DNA of 64,000 bases, from IMG/VR virus record IMGVR_UViG_3300037088_000888, one strand, 5' to 3'. Of this stretch, positions 20,827 to 30,376 are shown one piece after another. This DNA is from an uncultured virus (IMG/VR IMGVR_UViG_3300037088_000888) (Duplodnaviria; Heunggongvirae; Uroviricota; Caudoviricetes). Under the pieces are notes generated by a model. It saw only the letters and a list, made by a program, of their open reading frames with translations, was not told the origin of the DNA and did not search any database. Positions within the stretch are counted from its first letter, which is position 1. The number at the start of each line of letters is the position of its first letter. Position numbers and translations under genes: made by a program.

Positions 20827-21456
20827 TTATAAATTATGTTTTATTCTAATAATATTATATGCGTCTACTTGTGAATTATTTTTTGATGTTTGTCCATCAT
20901 CATTAAAAAATGCCAGAAATTTTATATTGGGTACAAAAATACCAGTTTTGCCCTGCTCTAACATACTTAACCACATTGACCAATCCTGAAATCTCTTTAA
21001 TGTTTCATCAAAACCAATAAAAGCTATTTTTTTAATTAATGCCATTGTACTAATATAATTATATTGTCTAAGCACGCTTGCATTAAAAATCTGACTTTCT
21101 ATAACAAAATTATAATTAGGTTCAACATTAGGATTCATTGCTATGCCATAATAGCCTGTGTAGGCATAATCAGCATTACTGTTTTCAAGGGTAGTAAGAA
21201 GCATTTTAAGAAAACCTTGTGGCATAACGCAATCATCATCCCAAAACATAAGATACTTCTGTGTAGCTTTCTCTGCACCTATATTACGCTGATGCGGTGC
21301 TGACCCTTCATTCATGACCTTAATAATTTCTATTGGTTCGTTATTTTCAATCATTGGTAATACGTGTGCTTCCAAAAATGCTTTACGTTTTAACATTGTT
21401 GGTACTATTACGCTTATGGGTAAACCTTCATCAACTTTATCTACTTTTATTGACAT
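20827..21456 (-). CDS. Family 2 glycosyltransferase
   Basis: ISVIVPT, RNIGA, FWDDD, GFDE, QDW. Confidence 0.82.
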   Translation of the reverse strand: MSIKVDKVDEGLPISVIVPTMLKRKAFLEAHVLPMIENNEPIEIIKVMNEGSAPHQRNIGAEKATQKYLMFWDDDCVMPQGFLKMLLTTLENSNADYAYTGYYGIAMNPNVEPNYNFVIESQIFNASVLRQYNYISTMALIKKIAFIGFDETLKRFQDWSMWLSMLEQGKTGIFVPNIKFLAFFNDDGQTSKNNSQVDAYNIIRIKHNL

Positions 21457-21467
21457 GATTAATATAT

Positions 21468-22160
21468 TTACTTATAATTATCCAAATCTATTGGTAGTTC
21501 GTTTTTATATTTATTTACAAATTGCTGTCTACTTGCTTCCCATTGCTCATTTGTCATGCCAATTGATTGATGAATTATCCTTATATCAGTCGTTACGCCA
21601 ATATTGCATCCCGCAATAAAATTCGGAATTGATAGCGATAAATCATAAAAATGGAAGCCTTTAAACTCTTCATCAAATTGATGTTCAATGTTATTGCAAT
21701 CGACTGCCATAAATACTCCATCAACCAAAACTACTGGTGTAACCTGACCTTTACGCTCATGAGAATATTCACTCACCCATGTACTAATACTATCGGTATG
21801 TTCAACTATTCCTGTCATGGCTGCCCGATTAGTCCACCAAATTGCATTATCTGTTAGAATTTTTGAACCAGCAACGCCAATTATGGAATATGAGAGTGCA
21901 TTAAATTTACTTAATAATAACCTACCCCATGTGCGGGTTTTAATAAAAATATCCGGGTGGCAAAATACAAAGATTGCATCAGGACTGTTATGTTCTTTAA
22001 TTGCTTTATTGTATAATTCAGTAAGACTGAACTGATTATAATTAGTATAACATATCGTTGTATGTTTAACTCCAATTGTGTTATCAATATGCTCTATAAA
22101 TTTATTATTAATTTCATCGCCTAAGTGTGAAGAAAAGACCACAATAATATTATTTTTCAT
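21468..22160 (-). CDS. Glycosyltransferase-like protein; first gene of the cluster
   Basis: YNKAI, FCHPD, VDGVFMA, FHFYD; likely start MKNNII at 22160, downstream of a promoter. Confidence 0.7.
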   Translation of the reverse strand: MKNNIIVVFSSHLGDEINNKFIEHIDNTIGVKHTTICYTNYNQFSLTELYNKAIKEHNSPDAIFVFCHPDIFIKTRTWGRLLLSKFNALSYSIIGVAGSKILTDNAIWWTNRAAMTGIVEHTDSISTWVSEYSHERKGQVTPVVLVDGVFMAVDCNNIEHQFDEEFKGFHFYDLSLSIPNFIAGCNIGVTTDIRIIHQSIGMTNEQWEASRQQFVNKYKNELPIDLDNYK

Positions 22161-22180
22161 GTTTACAATTTTAGCAACTG

Positions 22181-22212
22181 CAAACATAGTCATTTTAATT
22201 TAGATTGTCAAG
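22181..22212 (-). promoter_or_regulatory. Bacteroidota-type housekeeping promoter at the head of the glycan cluster
   Basis: Minus strand cTTG-N20-TATGTTTG matches the -33 TTG/-7 TAnnTTTG consensus. Confidence 0.65.
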
Positions 22213-22214
22213 TA

Positions 22215-22529
22215 TTATTGCGTTTTAAATGCGGTTAATATTGCTTCATAGTCTCCTTTGACCTTAGTTAAAGGGAAGGGTATGCGTAAAAGTGTGCCGT
22301 CTGGTATGTCAAACTCGCTCACAAACTGACCATTAGCATACATTATAAAGAAGTCATAAAATGGATTTCCATAATATTTTTGGCTAAGTTTATCCATCCT
22401 GCTAAAATCTGAATTCCAATATTCATATTTATCACTCGGATTTACAGGTAAATTAACATATGGCATCGCATCAACAGTGCCATCACCATTTCTTAATATT
22501 GCATATCTGTCATAATCTATATTTGGCAT
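22215..22529 (-). CDS. Small baseplate protein (gp53/tail-X/LysM-like)
   Basis: RMDKLSQKYYGNP..IMYAN...IPDGTLLRIP. Confidence 0.65.
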   Translation of the reverse strand: MPNIDYDRYAILRNGDGTVDAMPYVNLPVNPSDKYEYWNSDFSRMDKLSQKYYGNPFYDFFIMYANGQFVSEFDIPDGTLLRIPFPLTKVKGDYEAILTAFKTQ

Positions 22530-22637
22530 AATGGTATATAATAATATTTTATTTTATAAAGGCATTATCTTTATTGGGTTTATCACAACCCTCTATTGAA
22601 TATTATTGGTTTTAACCAATCGTTTCCAATTTCTTTT
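22530..22637 (-). ncRNA. Orphan copy B of a tnpB 3' end/omegaRNA-like structured element
   Basis: Aligns closely to 31174-31292 with conserved hairpins; ends TATACCATT immediately before the ATG at 22529. Confidence 0.6.
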
Positions 22638-22727
22638 ATTTTTATCCGAGCATGACTCAAACTTTTTAATTAATATTAAGTTTTCAGCCAACCTTACTCA
22701 TTGCCATATTATTAATATGGGTCTTTT

Positions 22728-22735
22728 ATAAATAC
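22728..22735 (-). promoter_or_regulatory. GTATTTAT candidate late promoter
   Basis: Same motif precedes many structural genes on their coding strand. Confidence 0.55.
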
Positions 22736-22777
22736 TTTAATTTTTAAATTTATAAACATAATTAAAAATTTTTAAAT

Positions 22778-25700
22778 TTATCTTCCTATTAAAAGATTTT
22801 GTATTACAGTATTAGTTATCAGTTTTACTGTATAATCATCATAACTTCTACCTAATGTTTGTTGTTCAGCAGTCAATATTTGTTTAATAAATGACTCTTG
22901 TTTATCAGCCTCACTTGAAGGCAACTTATACATACCAGCATTTGTAAATGAAGAGTTTGCATAATAATTGAAAGTAACTGCATTCTGCAAAGCATCGATA
23001 GGACCTTTCAATGACTGACCACCAATTAACTTCAATTGTAATGTAACTTTTGCTAACATTGGTTGCATGCCAAAACCTTCTGGGTTCATATCCCAAGTAG
23101 TATCAGAATAGTCAACTGTATAGTTTTCAATTATAACCTTTGTGTAGAAAAAGTCACCTACTCTAAGAATACATATTGGCTGACGACCAAACACTGAATT
23201 TCTTGCTGTTAAACTACCACCTCCTGTAGCATTTGTGGGGTCAGGACTATTCCATCTTTTTGAAGCACCTTGTCTTTGACATTGGTGTAAAAATGTTAAC
23301 CTTTTATGCATATCTTCAGGTGTTTGGCTATGAAATACGGGATAATAATAATTACCACTAATTGAATCAAAACCATGAAGAATTCCTGTATCAGTAGTAC
23401 CGTTTGCAGTAGTCGTTCCTCTCTCATTTAATACACAAGATAAGCTGGTTTTTATTTGTCTGATCTGAGTCTTGGTAGCTTCAATTTGTGATTGTAATTT
23501 TGCAATATTGGTTGTGTCTGTTGGACTTAAATCTGCCTTTACTGGTGGTAACGTTCTACCATTCTTATGAATATCAATTTCTGCATATCTCGCTTGTTTA
23601 GTTTCTTTATATGGAATAGCTGCTTTTGTAGCAGTACTATCGCTTGCCTGAACATCACCAACGCTTTCACCAAGCACAGTATCCCAAGTAACTTCAATAT
23701 TATCACCAATGGATTGTCCAAACATTGCAACCAATTTTGCTCTTACTAAAGCCTGTGCTGCTTGTGCTCTTCTTTCACCTAATGCCTCATTATATTGAGT
23801 CCCACCAGCAGATAAATATAATTTTGATGCAGCACCATGAATATAAACACTATAAACTATTCTATTATTTTCATCATTAAAAATATTAAAAAGTGCATTA
23901 TTTAATACATTTTGTCCCTCTTGATCAGTGAGTCCTGTTGCTGTATATTGAGAAATTGATGTTGGCGTTAAAGTATATGTTTGGTTTCCATTAACAATTG
24001 CAGATTTTGTTATACCTGTTTTAAAATAACTATCAATATTTAACCCCCAACTTGTAATATCTGATGAAGGTAATCCATCGTAAATTTCATAAGTATATTT
24101 TGTATATAAATCATCAATAATTGTATTAAGATTATCATTTACTGAAGGTACGTCATTTGGAAATACAATTGTAATTTTTGTTTCTGGAAGATCATTTGGT
24201 TCTGCAGGTTTTGTTTTTCCTTTAATTGTTTCAATATCACTTTGTAATTTGGCAATTTTGAATTCATAATTTTCAATTGATACAAATTTATCAATATATG
24301 GGTCACCGCCAAATGCAAAAAACTCAGCAATTTCTCTTTGTTTGCCTGTCGTATTAGCATAATTCTTTAATTGCTGTGGATAATCAACAAGTAATGTAAA
24401 ACTAAGTGTTGCCCCTCTTTCTGAACTTATATAGTTATACATTGGTTCATTTCTACCAATTATCATTGTTGGTTCGAATTTAGCACTACTTGTTTCCTGA
24501 ATTTCAAGATTATATGGAGGAAACCACATGATTCGCCCATTAAACGGACCGACCTCACACGCAGGTATTGGTGAACCATATTCATCATCAATAATACCAT
24601 ATGTATCTTTACTTAATACCCTAACTGCAAGATTTTCAATTGAAAACATTAAGTTTTTTGGATTAATTGTTCCGTCTTTCTCAAGTGTTGGATGAATACG
24701 TGGTATTACTGATTTATAAATTACAGAATCTTTATTTCCGCCATAAACCTGATTGCCATCAAATCTTATTGCTTTTGCAAATCTGTCATATTGATCTAAA
24801 ATACTATGTTGACGTACACCAGTTATGCCAGCAATATTATTATTGGGGTCACTTGCATATGTACTTGAATTAGCTTTCCATAATGCAGAACCGTTAAAAC
24901 CATCAACTTTCCCACTATTAGTAAATGCTTTTCTTGTCATGTCAACAACTTTTCCATTTGTTGCATTTAATAAATTTCGGGTATATTCTAATAATCCTGC
25001 ACGTATTTTATATTGACTGTTTATTGAGTTAGAAGGAGTTACTTGTCCATCAGCAGCATTATTTGTACCACGCAAATCATTAATATTATTATTTGCATCA
25101 GCAGTAATACCATCTCTACCCCAGACAAGTTTATTACTTATATTATCATTACCAAATTCTTTGTCATTATTAATCCAAGGATTTTGAGCATTATCATTCC
25201 AGACATTATTAGTATCAACTGTTTTTTCAGTATTACCAAAATTATTATCTATAAAGTCTTGATTAGGAGCATACTCAGGACTATCGCCTTCTTCATTAAT
25301 ATATGCAGTAATCATGCTTATATTTGCATTAGTAATTGAAATACTACTTTTTGCAAAATCATGTGATATATAAGCGTTAAAATATTTATTATCAAAATTA
25401 AAAAATCTTTTATCGTCTTGACCAGTACCTACTTGTTTGTCATTTCCACCTAAAACAATACCTCTCGGTAATATTTTTGCACCAGCACTGTTTGCTGCGC
25501 TATAAAGTGCGCTACTATCCAATTTACTTTCTTTATATATGTTTTTATTTATAGCATCATATAGTTTTCCTAATTGTCCAGCACCTGTATTATTGATATA
25601 ATCATCATTTGTTGGATTTTTAGTAAAAGGATTTTTGTTTGTTGGATTATTATATATTAGGTCATCGAGAAAATTTTGAAATCCTGATTGCGGTACTTTA

Positions 25701-26152
25701 GTTATTTTATAATCGACATTCTTTTTAAATAATTGTCCACCTTTAAGAAAACCGCCCAAATCAATTTGTGGTAATGTTTGTTGTGCAACATGCGAAGAAA
25801 AATTCATTGCAAATTGTTTACCTAACATCACCAAACCAATTTCGCTCAATGGTGTACTGTTACCAATAAGACTTGCAACTCTGCCAATTACTGTATTATT
25901 TAAGTCAAATCCTTGAAATGGAGCAAGTGCTGAACCAATACTACTAATAGCATTTACAACTTTTTGTACACTATTTGGACTAAGCGGATATTCAACATCA
26001 GGAGTATATAGATTTCTTGATTCCAGTACATTTCTTAAATTAGCTGAATTAGCCAATAATCTTGAATTCCCACCATTATTAGTAAGATCATTACTTGAAG
26101 TAGTGCCAGCAAAAATTGTTTGTGGTTGGTTTATGCTATTATCGTTTGCCAT
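22778..26152 (-). CDS. Large baseplate/tube-initiator-like protein with an internal OmpA-like domain
   Basis: Follows the tape measure gene; GAAS...YNEALGERRAQA...ARYAEI OmpA-like motif flanked by coiled coils. Confidence 0.55.
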   Translation of the reverse strand: MANDNSINQPQTIFAGTTSSNDLTNNGGNSRLLANSANLRNVLESRNLYTPDVEYPLSPNSVQKVVNAISSIGSALAPFQGFDLNNTVIGRVASLIGNSTPLSEIGLVMLGKQFAMNFSSHVAQQTLPQIDLGGFLKGGQLFKKNVDYKITKVPQSGFQNFLDDLIYNNPTNKNPFTKNPTNDDYINNTGAGQLGKLYDAINKNIYKESKLDSSALYSAANSAGAKILPRGIVLGGNDKQVGTGQDDKRFFNFDNKYFNAYISHDFAKSSISITNANISMITAYINEEGDSPEYAPNQDFIDNNFGNTEKTVDTNNVWNDNAQNPWINNDKEFGNDNISNKLVWGRDGITADANNNINDLRGTNNAADGQVTPSNSINSQYKIRAGLLEYTRNLLNATNGKVVDMTRKAFTNSGKVDGFNGSALWKANSSTYASDPNNNIAGITGVRQHSILDQYDRFAKAIRFDGNQVYGGNKDSVIYKSVIPRIHPTLEKDGTINPKNLMFSIENLAVRVLSKDTYGIIDDEYGSPIPACEVGPFNGRIMWFPPYNLEIQETSSAKFEPTMIIGRNEPMYNYISSERGATLSFTLLVDYPQQLKNYANTTGKQREIAEFFAFGGDPYIDKFVSIENYEFKIAKLQSDIETIKGKTKPAEPNDLPETKITIVFPNDVPSVNDNLNTIIDDLYTKYTYEIYDGLPSSDITSWGLNIDSYFKTGITKSAIVNGNQTYTLTPTSISQYTATGLTDQEGQNVLNNALFNIFNDENNRIVYSVYIHGAASKLYLSAGGTQYNEALGERRAQAAQALVRAKLVAMFGQSIGDNIEVTWDTVLGESVGDVQASDSTATKAAIPYKETKQARYAEIDIHKNGRTLPPVKADLSPTDTTNIAKLQSQIEATKTQIRQIKTSLSCVLNERGTTTANGTTDTGILHGFDSISGNYYYPVFHSQTPEDMHKRLTFLHQCQRQGASKRWNSPDPTNATGGGSLTARNSVFGRQPICILRVGDFFYTKVIIENYTVDYSDTTWDMNPEGFGMQPMLAKVTLQLKLIGGQSLKGPIDALQNAVTFNYYANSSFTNAGMYKLPSSEADKQESFIKQILTAEQQTLGRSYDDYTVKLITNTVIQNLLIGR

Positions 26153-26165
26153 TAATAGTTTTTTA

Positions 26166-26173
26166 ATAAATAC
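26166..26173 (-). promoter_or_regulatory. GTATTTAT candidate late promoter
   Basis: 13 nt upstream of ATG 26152. Confidence 0.55.
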
Positions 26174-26201
26174 TTGTAATATGAATTTTAAAAAATAGAA
26201 A

Positions 26202-28733
26202 TTATTGGTTCACATTTTGGGTACGTAATTCTTCCTGATGCGTAATTGCCGTATTTGCTTTAAAAATTTTATTCATAAATCTTTGACCGTCAATATTTAA
26301 AGTAATATCATTTGCAAGTTGAACGTTTTTATCTGCAAATTCTACTTTTAATGGAGTTTTTAATAATGATGCTATTTGTGCAAATGCTGAACCACCTTTA
26401 GTATTCATAGTTGAAATCGCATTAACAGCATTTTCAACAGCAAGAAAATCTTCTTTACTACCATGCATAACAGCATTAATTTCCTTAAATGCTTCACCAA
26501 CTTGAGCTATTGCTTCAGAATTTTTTGCAATTCTATTTAATGTTGCAGAAAATGCAATTAAGCCTAATCCACCAACAGTAAATAATGCCATACCTGCAGC
26601 CATTGCAGCAATACCACCACCTAATTCCAACATATCTTTACCAGAACCTTTAGCTGAAACAGACAATTTAGAAAGACCTTCACCCATAACTCCAATACCT
26701 GCAGCAGCAGCACCAATACCTACACCAACTAATGCAACTGCACCACCAAATGCCAAGAGACCGGGGGCAGCAGCCGTTGATGCACCACCAAATAACATAA
26801 TTGCACCCGCAACAGCAGCACCAATTCCCACAACTATTGATATTGATTTAACAATACTTCCTAATGTTTTTGCCTGTTCTGGAGTTAATTTAGCCATTGC
26901 AGTAGCAAGTAAACTAATACCTGCAGCAGCAGCACCAATACCAGCACCTACACCTAATGCAGCAGCACCAATACCAGCACCTGCACCAGCAAACATTTTT
27001 CCTTTTCCAGCCATTGCAGCACCTGCACCTATACCTCTGCGTTGATCAGCCAAACCACTAAGACCCTTTTTACCTAAATCTTCAGCAACTGCTTCACCTT
27101 CTTTCCCAGCACCTTTGCCAAGAACACCACCAAGACCTCCACCTCCTCCACCACTAATTACTTTTCCTGCTCCTGTTACAAATCTATCAGCAACACGACC
27201 TAATCCAAGTGTTATAACTTTCCATACTCCACCTGCAGCAAGTAAAGTTAATGCTGCACCAGCTATACCTAAACCGCTTTTACTTAAAAAGTTTGCAAGT
27301 GGCACAATTGTAACACTCATTACTTTATTAATTGTAGTTAATAATGGTAATAATGATGCTTTAAGCATTTCTATAGTAGCCTTGAATGTTTGATCAAATG
27401 TCATTGCTTGTTCAGCACGTTCCTGTAAAGTTTTTCGTTCCTGTATAAATGAATTTGTCTGATCTGAAGTTAAAGTACTAATGTCTTTCATAGTACCACC
27501 AAGAGATACCTGAAGTTGATTAGTCTTTGAATTTAATACCATTGCACCAGTAATCCACTCTTTTTGTTTAGAGGTTAATCCTTTACCACCCATTTGTCTT
27601 TCAGATAAATCTAATTCTGCACGTCTTTGTGCAATTTTAGTCATTTCTTCAGCACTAATACCAAGTGCTTTACCTGCTTGTTCAAGTCTCTGTCTATCTG
27701 CAGGACTTATAAATTTTTCAAATACACCTTCACTATTTTTTTTAAAGGTAATAATACCTTTAGTCATTTTTGAAATTTCTTCCTGCCATTTTTCTGGTTC
27801 GTTACGAGCTAAATAAAACGCTTGAAACGGGTCAGTCTTTGCAAAATTACCACCCATAACCTGTAAATTTGCAAACATATCAATAGCACCTTCAAGACTT
27901 TTTGCAATTGTTGCAGAATTAAGTGCAGACTCTACACTAACTTGTAATTTTTCAGCATTTTCAGCCATTTTAGCTATACCCTTGACACCGGAAACAAAAC
28001 TAAATGTATTTACTTTTTTAAAATTATCTATAATATTTTTTAATACTTTAGTTGTATTAACACCCATTCTTTCTGAAGTATCAACAATACCCTGTGTATA
28101 ATCCATTGCAGATTTAGCATCAGCACCCATAAATTCAAATTGCGCTCCAAGTTTTGTTGCCTGTTCAATACCCAGACCAGTACCTTTACCAATTAAAGTA
28201 ATATCTTCAAGCATACTTGCAGTTAAAGCACGTGCTCTACCTGTTTCATCAGCATATCCTTGTTGAATTGTTTGTAAATCGGCAAGACTTCCGCCTATTC
28301 TGGCTGCAAATACTGCAGATTTTTCAAAAGCTGCTCGCATTGCTTCAGCTTTTGCACCACTCATTCCAAGATTAAGAATGGTATTTTTTATTGTTTTATC
28401 AGATTCTTGTAAATATCTCCAACCTTCTTTTATTGCATTACCCAAATCTCTGGCTAAACTAACAACCTTTTCCCTACTTTTTTGTTGTTTAACTAATTCT
28501 TCATTAATACTCTTTTCATTAGCAATTGCCTTATTTTGTTCGTTAACAAGGTCTTGTAAATATTTCTTTTGATCATCTTCTAAAGTGGCAGCATTAGACA
28601 ATAATTCATTAATTACTTTTTGTCTTTCACTAATAAGTAATTGGGTTTTACTTCTTTCACTTTCCGACTCATTAAGTCGTTTTACCAAATCAAGTGATTT
28701 CTGATATTCGTCAACTGATCTTGCTGTTGCCAT
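26202..28733 (-). CDS. Tail tape measure protein
   Basis: 843 aa, helical, Ala/Gly-rich hydrophobic C-half, downstream of a chaperone-like gene. Confidence 0.8.
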   Translation of the reverse strand: MATARSVDEYQKSLDLVKRLNESESERSKTQLLISERQKVINELLSNAATLEDDQKKYLQDLVNEQNKAIANEKSINEELVKQQKSREKVVSLARDLGNAIKEGWRYLQESDKTIKNTILNLGMSGAKAEAMRAAFEKSAVFAARIGGSLADLQTIQQGYADETGRARALTASMLEDITLIGKGTGLGIEQATKLGAQFEFMGADAKSAMDYTQGIVDTSERMGVNTTKVLKNIIDNFKKVNTFSFVSGVKGIAKMAENAEKLQVSVESALNSATIAKSLEGAIDMFANLQVMGGNFAKTDPFQAFYLARNEPEKWQEEISKMTKGIITFKKNSEGVFEKFISPADRQRLEQAGKALGISAEEMTKIAQRRAELDLSERQMGGKGLTSKQKEWITGAMVLNSKTNQLQVSLGGTMKDISTLTSDQTNSFIQERKTLQERAEQAMTFDQTFKATIEMLKASLLPLLTTINKVMSVTIVPLANFLSKSGLGIAGAALTLLAAGGVWKVITLGLGRVADRFVTGAGKVISGGGGGGLGGVLGKGAGKEGEAVAEDLGKKGLSGLADQRRGIGAGAAMAGKGKMFAGAGAGIGAAALGVGAGIGAAAAGISLLATAMAKLTPEQAKTLGSIVKSISIVVGIGAAVAGAIMLFGGASTAAAPGLLAFGGAVALVGVGIGAAAAGIGVMGEGLSKLSVSAKGSGKDMLELGGGIAAMAAGMALFTVGGLGLIAFSATLNRIAKNSEAIAQVGEAFKEINAVMHGSKEDFLAVENAVNAISTMNTKGGSAFAQIASLLKTPLKVEFADKNVQLANDITLNIDGQRFMNKIFKANTAITHQEELRTQNVNQ

Positions 28734-28767
28734 TAATAATAAATTTTAGTTATATAATATAAATACA

Positions 28768-28798
28768 AAAGATCGAGTTTTTTATTATCTCGATCTTT
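28768..28798 (-). terminator. Hairpin (AAAGATCGAG/CTCGATCTTT) followed by a GTATTTAT motif at 28759-28766
   Basis: 10-bp perfect stem between the chaperone extension and the tape measure gene. Confidence 0.5.
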
Positions 28799-28811
28799 CT
28801 ATTATTTTATT

Positions 28812-28985
28812 TTATCTTCTTCTATTTGCTTTTCTTTGTGCCTGATCTTGAAGTTTTTCAATTTCTTCATTTTCTTTTTGTAATAAATATAAAAAGTGTC
28901 GTCTACGATATATGGGTATATTTTCTATATAATCTGCTTGAAACTTAGCGTGCTTGGTCAATATATATATTTCTTCGTTGACCAT
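28812..28985 (-). CDS. 57-aa ORF; probable -1 frameshift extension of the tail assembly chaperone
   Basis: Not in the ORF track. MVNEEIYILTKHAKFQADYIENIPIYRRRHFLYLLQKENEEIEKLQDQAQRKANRRR; frame is open back to the slippery site at 29015-29023. Confidence 0.7.
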   Translation of the reverse strand: MVNEEIYILTKHAKFQADYIENIPIYRRRHFLYLLQKENEEIEKLQDQAQRKANRRR

Positions 28986-29002
28986 CTTTTTATACTCTGA
29001 CG

Positions 29003-29917
29003 CTAAGTTCTTGGGAAAAAAAAGTCTACGCCCACAGCTAAAGTTGCAGTAAATTTATAATTATCTTTTGTTATAAATTCATATGCCATATCAACATCAG
29101 GACTTACAGTTAATATTTTTTTACGTATCACATAAGCATCTAATGCTGGCATTGCATCAACAAATTTATCGATGTATGTTCTATCTGTTTTATCATCAAT
29201 TGCAACAATATGTGCTTTTAATTTCATGGTACTATATTCATTAATTTCACTGTGATATGCTTCTTTAATAGCTTCAGCTTTTTTTGAAATTATTGTATCT
29301 TCCCCAGAAGTAAGTAACCTGAGAGTAACTTTTTTCTTACGCATTATAAGATCAACAAAAAAATGACCAGCTTGATCAGGTAGTTCTTCAACCTCTTTAT
29401 ATTGTAATTTTAATAAATCAACTACAGTATTAAATGGTATGCCTGTTCTTGGGTCAGATACTGTAACGGTATAATTGGGACCGTAACTTGAACAGCGTAA
29501 AAATAAAATAATTGCATTCCTATCACCTTCCAATAAATTATCAATTATTACTCCGTCTGTTTTAATTTTTCTTTTAAGAAGCATATTAAGAACATTTCCG
29601 CTATCAATTAAAGAAGGGGTTGTTAATAAATCTTCATCTTTTGAAGTCATGTATTCAACATTAACTTGAGAAAGACCATCTGGATAAAATACACCTTTTG
29701 AGGGTAATTTTACAATTTCATACGAAGTCATCAAATCGGGGTCAGTTTCTTTGGACATCGTTTTTTCAAACTCCTGTGGATTAAAATTTGATTTTGGCAT
29801 TGTAGGAATTGCCATTGGTCTGTTTTCATTATCAGAAAGACCATGTTCTTTTTTGTACTTTTCTAATGACGCAGCTATACTTTCTTTTTGAGGTGCGTTT
29901 TCTAATTCGTTTGCCAT
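29003..29917 (-). CDS. Tail assembly chaperone/baseplate hub assembly protein (T4 gp26-like)
   Basis: VKLPSKGVFY, MTSKDEDLL, GDRNAI; ends DFFFP; directly upstream of the tape measure gene. Confidence 0.65.
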   Translation of the reverse strand: MANELENAPQKESIAASLEKYKKEHGLSDNENRPMAIPTMPKSNFNPQEFEKTMSKETDPDLMTSYEIVKLPSKGVFYPDGLSQVNVEYMTSKDEDLLTTPSLIDSGNVLNMLLKRKIKTDGVIIDNLLEGDRNAIILFLRCSSYGPNYTVTVSDPRTGIPFNTVVDLLKLQYKEVEELPDQAGHFFVDLIMRKKKVTLRLLTSGEDTIISKKAEAIKEAYHSEINEYSTMKLKAHIVAIDDKTDRTYIDKFVDAMPALDAYVIRKKILTVSPDVDMAYEFITKDNYKFTATLAVGVDFFFPRT

Positions 29918-30085
29918 AAAATTATAATTTTTTATACTTTATTATTATTGTTTCGATAAATACTGCAAAAAAAATTTTTTAAAAATAATTCAAGATTTTT
30001 AATTAAAATACGTATTAACATATAATGACTATAGATATAGTCACAGAATTATATTTATAGTCAGAGAACTAAATAAATAGTCATA

Positions 30086-30376
30086 ATGGAAGCAAAAATT
30101 TTGGTAATATATATTGGTATTGGCGGTATTAGAAGCGAAGATATTGACACTTATATGAAAAAAGTAACAAAAAAAATCACACCAACTACTTTTGAAGGCG
30201 AGATTATCGTTCTGCCAACACAGTTATTGGTAGCACCAGATACAAGAATTGAATGTATTAATCCTATTTATATTACTGATGTTGAATTGGTAAAACAACA
30301 TACAATAATGATAAAAAAATTACAAGATGAATTACAAATTCAACTTGATATATTAAAACAAAAGAACAATGAGTAA
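30086..30376 (+). CDS. Hypothetical protein
   Basis: ORF with ATG, overlapping the next gene. Confidence 0.55.
   Translation: MEAKILVIYIGIGGIRSEDIDTYMKKVTKKITPTTFEGEIIVLPTQLLVAPDTRIECINPIYITDVELVKQHTIMIKKLQDELQIQLDILKQKNNE

Noticed and set aside
1..22160. Bacterial LPS/capsule locus next to a prophage
   Set aside because: No export/polymerase genes, integrase or att-like boundary; composition and gene packing are continuous with the phage genes. A chimera cannot be excluded without reads.
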